DNA of 24,132 bases from positions 1-24,132 of the forward strand of contig JAWOBU010000027.1 of NCBI GenBank assembly GCA_046484135.1, given 5' to 3'. The notes under the pieces were generated by a model that made no database searches, had not been told where the DNA came from, and saw only the letters and a list, made by a program, of their open reading frames with translations. Below are positions 16,465 to 24,132 of this stretch, one piece after another. This DNA is from a bacterium (lineage in GTDB: Bacteria; RBG-13-61-14; DATKZS01). The first letter of the stretch is position 1. Each line of letters opens with the position of its first letter. The translations under genes and the position numbers were made by a program.

Positions 16465-19205
16465 CAGTGGGCCTCCGCCCAGTTCTCGGCCTCGGATATC
16501 TCGACCTCGAGCTTGACCCGAAGCGTCTCCGCGGACTCCATCTTTAACTTCACCATCTGTTTAAGCGCGGACAGCTCCGCCGGCGCCGCCTCGAACACCA
16601 GCTCGTCATGGACCTGCATGATCATCCTGCTCTGGTAGTTGTCTTTTATAAGCTCGCGGTCTATGGCGATCATGGCGCTCTTGATTATATCCGCGGCCGA
16701 GCCCTGCAAGGGCGCGTTCACCGCTTCTCTTTCCGCGGCCTGCCTCGCGATGTAGTTGGTGGAGCAGACGTCGGGCGTGGGCAGGCGTCTGCCCTTGATG
16801 GTTGACACGTACCCTTTTTCCTTGGCCAGGGCCACCGTGTCTTCAATGTACTTTTTCACGTAGGGGTATCTGGCGAAGTAGGCCTCGATGTACTTCTTAG
16901 CGTCGTCGTGGTCCACGTCAAGCTGTTTGGTGAGTCCGTGGGCGCTCATGCCGTAGAGGATGCCGAAGTTAATGACCTTGGCCTGCCGACGCATGTCCCC
17001 GGTTACCAGCTCCGGGCTCACTCCGAAGACCTCGGCCGCGGTCCGGGAGTGGATGTCCTCCCCTTTCTCGAAAGACTCGATAAGCGCGGGTTCTTCCGAC
17101 AGGTGGGCCATGAGCCTGAGCTCGATCTGGGAGTAGTCCGCGGCCACGATATAGTTGCCGTCTTCGCCAACGAACGCCTGCCTTATGATCTTTCCTTCGC
17201 CGGCGCGGATGGGTATGTTCTGGAGATTGGGGTCTGATGATGAGAGCCTGCCGGTGCTGGTCACCGTCTGGTTAAAGCTGGTATGAATGCGGCCGGTATC
17301 CTGGTTTATGAGCTTCGGCAGTGCGTCGGTGTAGGTGTTTTTCAGCTTGGCCAGGCTGCGGTACTCGAGGACCTTGCCGGGAAGCTCGTGTTCCTCGGCC
17401 AGGCTGGAGAGGACCTCGACGCTGGTCGAGTAGCCGGTCTTGGTCTTCTTTCCCCTGGCAAGCTTCTTCTTTACAAAAAGGACCTCGGCCAACTGCTTGG
17501 GCGAGTCTATATTGAACTCTTCCCCGGCGAGCTCGTAGATTTTCTTTTTCAGCTCGTCTATGGACGACTGGAACCGGCCGGAGAGCTCGGCGAGCCGTTC
17601 GGGCTCAATCTTCACCCCCGCCGTCTCCATGCGGGCCAGGACCGGGATGAGCGGCATCTCGATCTCGTCGAACAGCTTTCGCAAGCTAAGCTGCTCGAGC
17701 CTGTCGGCAAGGACCCGGTAGAGCATGAGGGCGATGTCCGCGTCTTCGCCCGCGTACTCGAGCGCGTCTTCCAGGGGCACGCTGGAGAAGGGCTTCTGGT
17801 TTTTACCTTTTCCGCACAGGTCCTCGTACTTGATCATTTTGTGGTCCAGGTAGTCCCAGGCAAGCTCGTCCAGTCCGTGGCTCCGGCGCCTCGGGTCCGC
17901 GAGATAGCTCGCCACCATGGTGTCGAAGTAAACGCCGCCGAGCGGCATGCCTGCGCGGGAGAGGACCACCAGGTCGTACTTCAGGTTCTGTCCGATCTTT
18001 TTTATGCTCTCGTCCGCGAGAAGGGGCGCGAGTATATCTCGTGCTTGTTCCCATTCCATTTGTTTTTCCGAGCCGGGACCGTTGTGGAAGAGGGGGACGT
18101 ACACGGCTTCCCCTTCCTCGAGGGCCATGCTGGTCCCCACCAGGTCAGCGTTCATGGATGAGACGGAAGAGGTCTCGGTATCAATACAGAGGTGTCCTTT
18201 TTCGCGGGCCTGGTCGGCGAAGCGTTTCAGCTCGGCCGGGTCGGTCAGGAGCCGGTACTTTTTGTAGCTTATCTGTTTTTCGACCCTGGTGAGCTCTTTC
18301 ATGAGCCTTTTCAGTTCGAGCTCGGCGAGTATCTGCATGAGGGTCTCGTGGTCCGGCTCGCCCGCTATGAAGTTGTCCAGGTCGAACTCGAGGGGAAGGT
18401 CGGAGACAATGGTTACGAGCTCCTTGGAGAGCCTCGCCTGGTCGGCATAGGTTTTCAAGTTCTCTCCCACCTTGCCCTTTACGGAGTCGGCGTTTTTGAG
18501 CACGGACTCCATGTCGCCGTACTCGGACATAAGCTTGATCGCGGTCTTTTCTCCTATCTTGGGCACGCCGGGAATGTTGTCGGAGGAGTCGCCCATTAGG
18601 CCCAGCACGTCCGGGACTTTGTCCGGCCCTACCCCGTACTTTTCTTTTACCTTGGACTCGTCCGTCCAATGGTCCTTCATGGTGTCGAGCAGGCGTACGT
18701 GCGGTCCCACAAGCTGGGTCAGGTCCTTGTCGCCGGTTACTATAACCACCTCGTAGCCCCGGGACCTGGCCTTTTCAGAGACCGCACCGATCACGTCATC
18801 CGCTTCGTAGCCCTCGAGCTCGCGGGAGGGCAGGTTCAGCGCATCCACTATCTGTCTCATGTGTCCGATCTGGATCCCGAGCTCGGAGGGCATCTCGGCG
18901 CGCTGGGCCTTGTACTGCGGGAATTTCTCGTGCCGGAAGGTTTTGCCGGGAGCGTCCCATATCACCGCTATGTGGGTGGGGTTCTCTTCGCGGATCAGCT
19001 TCATGAGCATGTTAACGAAGGTCATGGTGGCGCCGGTGGGAATTCCCTTGGAGTTGGACAGGCCCTGCCGAAGTGTGGCATGATACGCCCGGAAAGCATA
19101 GGAGGATGCGTCCAGAAGATATAGCCTTTTATCGCCTTCCTGTTTTTCTTTTTCTTTGTTCAATATAACGGCCTTTTCGGGTTCTCGAATATGATTCGCT
19201 TTCAC
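16464..19205 (-). CDS. polA: DNA polymerase I (5'-3' exonuclease, 3'-5' exonuclease, polymerase)
   Basis: LYLLDASSYAFRAYH, GYEADD, GDSSDNIPGVPKIGEKTA, IDTET, QNLKYD, TGRLSSSDPNLQNIP, ADYSQIELR, AKVINFGILYG, QVHDEL. Exact start codon (GTG 19205) is uncertain. Confidence 0.97.
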   Translation of the reverse strand: MKANHIREPEKAVILNKEKEKQEGDKRLYLLDASSYAFRAYHATLRQGLSNSKGIPTGATMTFVNMLMKLIREENPTHIAVIWDAPGKTFRHEKFPQYKAQRAEMPSELGIQIGHMRQIVDALNLPSRELEGYEADDVIGAVSEKARSRGYEVVIVTGDKDLTQLVGPHVRLLDTMKDHWTDESKVKEKYGVGPDKVPDVLGLMGDSSDNIPGVPKIGEKTAIKLMSEYGDMESVLKNADSVKGKVGENLKTYADQARLSKELVTIVSDLPLEFDLDNFIAGEPDHETLMQILAELELKRLMKELTRVEKQISYKKYRLLTDPAELKRFADQAREKGHLCIDTETSSVSSMNADLVGTSMALEEGEAVYVPLFHNGPGSEKQMEWEQARDILAPLLADESIKKIGQNLKYDLVVLSRAGMPLGGVYFDTMVASYLADPRRRSHGLDELAWDYLDHKMIKYEDLCGKGKNQKPFSSVPLEDALEYAGEDADIALMLYRVLADRLEQLSLRKLFDEIEMPLIPVLARMETAGVKIEPERLAELSGRFQSSIDELKKKIYELAGEEFNIDSPKQLAEVLFVKKKLARGKKTKTGYSTSVEVLSSLAEEHELPGKVLEYRSLAKLKNTYTDALPKLINQDTGRIHTSFNQTVTSTGRLSSSDPNLQNIPIRAGEGKIIRQAFVGEDGNYIVAADYSQIELRLMAHLSEEPALIESFEKGEDIHSRTAAEVFGVSPELVTGDMRRQAKVINFGILYGMSAHGLTKQLDVDHDDAKKYIEAYFARYPYVKKYIEDTVALAKEKGYVSTIKGRRLPTPDVCSTNYIARQAAEREAVNAPLQGSAADIIKSAMIAIDRELIKDNYQSRMIMQVHDELVFEAAPAELSALKQMVKLKMESAETLRVKLEVEISEAENWAEAH

Positions 19206-19296
19206 TCACTCTAAACCTGGAATATATTATAAAACCAAAACCGGTTCCAGAGCTAAAAGGGTAGAGAGGGACCGGGGTTTGGAATAGGACACCGAC

Positions 19297-20802
19297 ATGG
19301 ACGTAGCGCTTGCCGACATAGTAGTGCTTTGCTGTTACTTTATTCTCATCATTTTCGTAGGAGTGTGGACGGGCCGCCGGAACCGCGGCACCGAGGACTA
19401 CTTCGTGGGCGGCCGCGCCATGCCCGGCTGGGTGGTGGGCGTATCCATCCTGGGGACGTGCATTTCTTCTGTTACTTACGTGGCGTATCCCGGCAAGGCT
19501 TTTGCGGGTGACTGGCAGTACCTGGTGCAGGGTCTGATGCTTCCGGTGGTCCTTCTTGGCGGCGGCTTCCTGCTGGTCCGGTTTTACCGGAAGCGGGTCA
19601 AGATCACGGTGAACGAGTTTCTCGAACAGCGCTTCGGCCCGGGCGTGCGGGTTTTTTCCGTGGTGTTTCTTGTTATCTCTGAGATCGCCCGGGTGGGCAT
19701 GGTGATGTACCTTTTCTCGCTGGTGGTCCACACCATTACCGGGTTCGACCTGTTCCGGGTCATCATCTTCATCGGTTGCGTAACCATAATCTACGCGGTG
19801 ATAGGCGGCATCCAGGGGGTCATCTGGACGGACCTGATCCAGGCGGTGGTGCTGGTCGCAGGAGGCCTTATCACCATAAGCGTTATTTCGTCGCGGCTTC
19901 CGGGCGGCTTCGAAGGCATAATGAGCGAGGCCTGGGGGTCGGGAAAGTTCGAGCTCTTTGATTTCTCGGGCGGGCTTGTGCGCGATACCTTTTTTGTGCT
20001 GGCCTTGTCCGGGCTGGCCAATTACTTCTACTTCCTGGGAGGCAACCAGAACCAGATCCAGCGCTATCACTGCACTTCGACCGACACCGACGCCTTGAAG
20101 GCCACCTTCCTGGGAAGCCTCGCCAGCGTGCCGGTTTGGGCCTTGTTCCTGCTGGTCGGCACCGCGGTGTTCGTCTACTATCAGCACTTTCCGGACCCGG
20201 ACGTGGCCGTCTACGTCTTAAAGGGCAAGGCGGACAAGGCATTCCCCCACTTCATCGCTACCGCGCTTCCGGCGGGCGTGTCCGGCCTGCTGCTTGCCGG
20301 GCTGTTCGGCGCGGCCATGAGCTCTTTGGACTCCTCCATGAACGCGGCTTCAACCATGGCGGTTACCGACGTGTACCGGAGGTTTATAAACCCTGACGTG
20401 CCGGACCGGAAGGCCTTTAACGTGGCCCGTGTCCTGACCTTCTTCTGGGGATGCATCGGGGTGGCGCTCGCCATCAGCATGATCGCGGTGAAGGTCTTTT
20501 TGGACTTCTACTTTATTATCGTGTCGCTGGTGATCGGAGTCATCACCGGTGTGTTCTTCCTGGCGGTGGTGTCGAAGCGCGCTAACGGCCGCGGCCTTAT
20601 CACCGGCATCCTGGCGGGCATGGTGGTCTCGGAGTGGGGCATCATCAAGATACTGGGCGGGTTCGAGAAGCCTTTTGATAAGTATGATTTTCCTTTTCAC
20701 GACATCATGGTGGGTGTGGTGGCCACCGCGGTCGTGGTGGTGGTCGGCTATTTGCAAAGCATCCTGATCGCAAGGCACGAATCCAAGAAGTCCGGACCGT
20801 GA
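19297..20802 (+). CDS. Sodium:solute symporter (SSS/SLC5 family), resembling sugar/sialic-acid transporters
   Basis: EDYFVGGRAMPGW, ISSVTYVAYPGKAF, EFLEQRFG, GGIQGVIWTDLIQ, NQNQIQRY, AAMSSLDSSMN; roughly 13 hydrophobic segments. Confidence 0.92.
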   Translation: MDVALADIVVLCCYFILIIFVGVWTGRRNRGTEDYFVGGRAMPGWVVGVSILGTCISSVTYVAYPGKAFAGDWQYLVQGLMLPVVLLGGGFLLVRFYRKRVKITVNEFLEQRFGPGVRVFSVVFLVISEIARVGMVMYLFSLVVHTITGFDLFRVIIFIGCVTIIYAVIGGIQGVIWTDLIQAVVLVAGGLITISVISSRLPGGFEGIMSEAWGSGKFELFDFSGGLVRDTFFVLALSGLANYFYFLGGNQNQIQRYHCTSTDTDALKATFLGSLASVPVWALFLLVGTAVFVYYQHFPDPDVAVYVLKGKADKAFPHFIATALPAGVSGLLLAGLFGAAMSSLDSSMNAASTMAVTDVYRRFINPDVPDRKAFNVARVLTFFWGCIGVALAISMIAVKVFLDFYFIIVSLVIGVITGVFFLAVVSKRANGRGLITGILAGMVVSEWGIIKILGGFEKPFDKYDFPFHDIMVGVVATAVVVVVGYLQSILIARHESKKSGP

Positions 20803-20809
20803 GCGAGCA

Positions 20810-21694
20810 TCAGTTCTTCACGTAGCCGTTCTCTTTTTCAATGACCTCTCCTTTTTTCATGAGCCGCTCGATGTGCTTGCCCATGAGAGCCCGCTCGCCG
20901 AACTCGAAGAACCCGCGCGGCTCGCGGGGCTTCCGGTAGATGATCCACTGCTCGACGATCTCCTGCATGGTGCGGGGCTCGGTAAGAAAGGCAAGGAGTT
21001 TGTTTTCCCGCTCATCTATTACGTTTAAGTAGCGGTCCCACGCTTCGCCGGGTTCGTCCTCGAACAGGCCGAACTCGTGCCCGGTGATCCACGTCCGGGC
21101 CGGGATTTGCCTGAGCCTGTTCACCGACTCGATGGTCTGGTCAATGTCCGCGTCCCGGTCGCCGTACCAGGGCCCGAACTTGCCGAGGTCGTAGTCTCCC
21201 ATGAAGAGCACCTCGGGCCCGCGGAAGAAAAAGGCGAGGTGGCCCGGCGTGTGGCCCGGCGTGGAGATCACGTCCACTGTAATCCCGTCCCGCTCGATGA
21301 CCTCGCCGCCGGTGAAGATATCAGACGGCGTGCGCGGCCTGTAGTTGAACTGCTCCTTTAAAGCTTTCCGCCAGTAGGCGATGAAGTCGGGGTTGTCAAT
21401 ACCGTACCAGGCAATAAAGGTGTCCTCGTCCTGCAAGGGAGGAACATCCCTCTCGCATATTAAAAAAGGGAGGTCCTCGAAAAGGTCCAGATGCATGAAG
21501 TGGTCTTCGTGCCAGTGCGACAGCCAGACCTCCTGTACGCCCGGCTCTTCCCGAAGCTCGGACAAGCGCTGCCGGTCCGACGCCGGGTCAATAATGATAC
21601 CCGGACCTTCCACATACACCGAGTGGCAGTAAGGGTACTTGCCCCGGTTCTCCGCCGGTATGAACCACACCGGCCCGAAATGCTTCTCTTCCAT
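20810..21694 (-). CDS. Metallo-beta-lactamase-fold hydrolase, probably with a C-terminal winged-helix domain
   Basis: IIDP, SHWHEDH (HxHxDH), TPGHTPGH, FMGD, TGHE; AGGAGG RBS. Confidence 0.88.
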   Translation of the reverse strand: MEEKHFGPVWFIPAENRGKYPYCHSVYVEGPGIIIDPASDRQRLSELREEPGVQEVWLSHWHEDHFMHLDLFEDLPFLICERDVPPLQDEDTFIAWYGIDNPDFIAYWRKALKEQFNYRPRTPSDIFTGGEVIERDGITVDVISTPGHTPGHLAFFFRGPEVLFMGDYDLGKFGPWYGDRDADIDQTIESVNRLRQIPARTWITGHEFGLFEDEPGEAWDRYLNVIDERENKLLAFLTEPRTMQEIVEQWIIYRKPREPRGFFEFGERALMGKHIERLMKKGEVIEKENGYVKN

Positions 21695-21733
21695 AACAGC
21701 GCTCCCTCCTAGCTTTTTGTTCGTTCCGGCTGA

Positions 21734-21762
21734 AAAATAGCACGGGTTGGGGGAGTGCGCAA
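21734..21762 (-). promoter_or_regulatory. Possible sigma70 promoter (extended -10) for the MBL-fold gene
   Basis: Minus strand TTGCGC (21762-21757), 17 nt spacer ending in TGC, TATTTT (21739-21734), about 40 nt before ATG 21694. Confidence 0.35.
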
Positions 21763-22011
21763 AGGTTTGCCGGCGGCTCCGTTCGATCCATATTGGGAAT
21801 CATTATTTGAGGAGACAGGGTACGAATTTCTGGAAAGTTCTAAAATTCAGGTTCATTCAGGCTCAGGTACTTTTTCATATGCATGGGGAGGACATTGTCT
21901 GTTTCGTAGTGATGGGGAACAGGCTGTTTCCGTACGGTGGGGGGATTGATGTATATATCGTGGTGATATCATTGCCGCAAAAGTCGGCAGCCTTGTGCGG
22001 GGGCCGCGGCG

Positions 22012-23388
22012 TCAAGGTCCGGAGGAGGACACGGTGGTGGCTCCGCCTTTTCCGGAGAGGCCCAGCGCCGACCGGACGCTGTTCTCGCTGCCGTCCGGCA
22101 CCCGGAGAAGATAGTCGCGGGAAATAAGCCTCTTTTCCGACTCCACCGCCTCGGTCCAGGAGGGGTTGAACCGGACAAGCAGGTGGGCGTTCATGCCGAG
22201 CGTTTCGGACAGGTCGGAGAGGGGATAGCCGCGGGGCAGCTCCACCAGGGCGTAGTCGAGCGGGTTTACCTGCGGTGGAGGTCCGGCGCTTTTGGGAAGG
22301 CCCAGCTTTTTTTCCGCCCGCAGTATTCCCATGAGGCGGGCGTAGAAGTTCTCCACCGCCTCGCCGAAAGCGCCGTGGTCGTAGTTTTCCAGGACCTCGG
22401 GCAGGGAGGAGCTGTCCGTGTGCCGGCAGGCGTTTATGACGCGGGCAAGCCCGGCGTTATAGGCGGTTACCGCAAGGGGCCAGTCTCCGAGGGTCCGGTA
22501 GTTTTTCTCGAGGATGCGGGCCGCGGCCCGGGTGCTTTTCAGGGGGTCGCGTCTTTCGTCTATGGTCCGGTTCATGACGAGATACGGCCTGCCCGAGCTC
22601 TCCAGTATCTGCCATACTCCCACCGCTCCTTTGCCGGAAGCGGCGTCCCGCTCGAACATGCTTTCCACGAACACGAGGCGCGTAAGCGAAGGGGGAAGCC
22701 CGCGCTCCCGGAAGATATCTTCCATGGCGGGAAGGTAAGGTAAGGCGCGGCGATAGGCCCGGATAAGCCCGTCCCGCCGGCCGCGGGCCACGGCCAGGTT
22801 GGACAGCTTCGCCGAGATGCGGAACTTGTCTTTGTTCTCGATGCCTTCGAACTTGGCGTAGAGCTGAAGCAGGGCGGGCCCGTCGTAGCTTTTTTTAATC
22901 TCCGCTTCAGGCTCGTCAAAGTTTTTGCTGATCCGGTCCAGTGTATAAAGCCGGGACCGGGCGCGGGTCAAGGCCCGGCTCCTGCGGCCGGGAAGGTCCC
23001 TGATCACTTCATAGATCACGCCGGGCCAGCGGCGGTTGTAAATAACGAGATGAGAGCCGTCATAATCGGCGTAGACCGTCTTCCAAAGTTGTACCCGGGA
23101 TTCAAGGCCGGAAGGCACGGGCAGGCCTGAGCTCGACTCCTCCGTTCCCGGCTTTGGCAGGGAAGGAGACGACGTGTCCGTGGTTTCAGAGACCTCCTTC
23201 AAACCGGCGGCGGCGCCGGCCGAGGACGCTTTATCTCCTTCGCCGGAGGGACCGCAGGAGTTGCAGCCGACTGCCGAAAGACAAAGCGCAACAGCTAAAC
23301 AGAGGACCGAGGTTATTTTGAAGCTCGTTTTCAATCTATCCCGTGGTGCTCCCGCTCGGGTCTTGACAACACCGGTGGCGCCTTTCAT
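22012..23388 (-). CDS. Lytic transglycosylase (SLT/MltD-like), probable lipoprotein with a degenerate LysM-like C-terminus
   Basis: LVFVESMF (catalytic Glu), SGKGAVGVWQI, IDERRDPLKSTRAAARIL, LGDWPLAVTAYNAG. Hydrophobic signal ending LSAVGC, then a Ser/Pro-rich linker. Start uncertain. Confidence 0.88.
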   Translation of the reverse strand: MKGATGVVKTRAGAPRDRLKTSFKITSVLCLAVALCLSAVGCNSCGPSGEGDKASSAGAAAGLKEVSETTDTSSPSLPKPGTEESSSGLPVPSGLESRVQLWKTVYADYDGSHLVIYNRRWPGVIYEVIRDLPGRRSRALTRARSRLYTLDRISKNFDEPEAEIKKSYDGPALLQLYAKFEGIENKDKFRISAKLSNLAVARGRRDGLIRAYRRALPYLPAMEDIFRERGLPPSLTRLVFVESMFERDAASGKGAVGVWQILESSGRPYLVMNRTIDERRDPLKSTRAAARILEKNYRTLGDWPLAVTAYNAGLARVINACRHTDSSSLPEVLENYDHGAFGEAVENFYARLMGILRAEKKLGLPKSAGPPPQVNPLDYALVELPRGYPLSDLSETLGMNAHLLVRFNPSWTEAVESEKRLISRDYLLRVPDGSENSVRSALGLSGKGGATTVSSSGP

Positions 23389-23421
23389 AATCTGGTCAAC
23401 TTCGGAGAAGGTGGAGTTCGC

Positions 23422-24132
23422 ATGATTAACCGGCTTTCGCGTTTAATGCCCCTTTTTAAACCCGTCCGCTTCCGCAGATCATCATGCCTTACAAAGCATG
23501 TTATGTCAAGTATGTGTCTGTGTTATATCCTGGTTTTCGCCGTTTTGATTTCGGGATGCGAAGACAGCAAGGACCAGGCGGAGAAGAAGGTGGTAGTTGG
23601 TCTGGAAGCGAACCCCCAGGTGTTGGACCCGCGGGTGGCCCAGGACGCGTACTCCTTGCGGATATTGCCGCTGGTGTTCGAGGGACTGTTTCAGATCAAT
23701 CAAAACTCGGAGCCCGTGCCCCAACTGGTTGAGTCCTTCCAGAGAAAGGACGAGCTAACCTTTGTGTTCCGCTTGAAAAAGGACCGGAGGTTCCCGGACG
23801 GCACTGAGCTTACCGCCAAAGACGTGGTCTATACCTTGAAGAGCCAGGCCGATCCAAAGCTCCACTCCCGCCGCGAGATCGTGATGGACAAGCTCGAAGA
23901 GCTCGAGGCCACGGGAAGGTACGAAGTGCGGCTCAAGTTGAAAAGACCCTATGCTCCCCTGTTCTCCGAGCTCACCATGGGGATCGTGCCGGAAGACGAG
24001 GCCCGGCGGAAAAAAGAAGAGCTCTCCCGCAACGCGGCCGGCACCGGTCCCTTCCGGGTCAAACGCTTCGAGCCGGGCAGGGAGGCGGTCCTGGTCAAAA
24101 ACCCCCATTACCACGGCAACAAGCCTTTCTTC
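23422..24132 (+). CDS. ABC transporter substrate-binding lipoprotein, family 5 (peptide/nickel; OppA/DppA-like), 3'-truncated
   Basis: Not in the ORF track because it has no stop in the window. Manual translation: ...MCLCYILVFAVLISGC (lipobox) EDSKDQAEKKVVVGLEANPQVLDPRVAQD...VFEGLF...FRLKKDRRFPDGTELTAKDVVYTL...GTGPFRV...LVKNPHYHG. ATG 23422 has GGAG upstream; in-frame alternatives are 23446, 23503 and 23512. Confidence 0.9.
   Translation, partial: MINRLSRLMPLFKPVRFRRSSCLTKHVMSSMCLCYILVFAVLISGCEDSKDQAEKKVVVGLEANPQVLDPRVAQDAYSLRILPLVFEGLFQINQNSEPVPQLVESFQRKDELTFVFRLKKDRRFPDGTELTAKDVVYTLKSQADPKLHSRREIVMDKLEELEATGRYEVRLKLKRPYAPLFSELTMGIVPEDEARRKKEELSRNAAGTGPFRVKRFEPGREAVLVKNPHYHGNKPFF

Noticed and set aside
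1168..20187. Long antisense or alternate-frame ORFs (e.g. 1168..2229, 5924..6748, 15644..16516, 17283..18161, 19129..20187)
   Set aside because: Shadow ORFs expected opposite GC-rich genes; no domain motifs.
20810..21694. MBL-fold protein as an antibiotic-resistance beta-lactamase
   Set aside because: It has no signal peptide, and HxHxDH is shared across the superfamily; it looks like a cytoplasmic hydrolase.
21695..21790. GGCAAACC on the minus strand upstream of the MBL gene as a c-di-GMP-I riboswitch
   Set aside because: The following GNRA-capped stem and downstream conserved elements are absent.

Overview
A GC-rich bacterial chromosomal segment of mostly core genes. Gene content, especially a RomY-like gene ahead of ftsEX-envC, suggests a deltaproteobacterial-type organism (Desulfobacterota/Myxococcota-like); this is inference. 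Order: truncated YfhO/GT-C membrane protein (-); glpA-glpB with no adjacent glpC (+); frameshifted prfB, class I lysS, an Mre11/SbcD-like nuclease and a Rad50/YhaN-like ATPase with central transmembrane helices (+); romY-like, ftsE, ftsX, envC (-); polA, ROK kinase, nagA (-, stop/start overlaps); sodium:solute symporter (+); MBL-fold hydrolase and MltD-like lytic transglycosylase (-); truncated family-5 ABC substrate-binding lipoprotein (+). I saw no rRNA, tRNA, CRISPR array or transposase. Most notable: (1) the prfB frameshift site reads GTT-TGA-C rather than CTT-TGA-C, which also creates a +1-frame ATG; (2) a class I LysRS sits where class II lysS usually follows prfB; (3) a probably membrane-anchored Mre11/Rad50-like pair has degenerate motifs; (4) a ROK kinase with altered sugar-binding motifs may be part of an unusual amino-sugar or cell-wall recycling route coupled to polA. 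All family calls are from motif recognition by eye, with no database searches.
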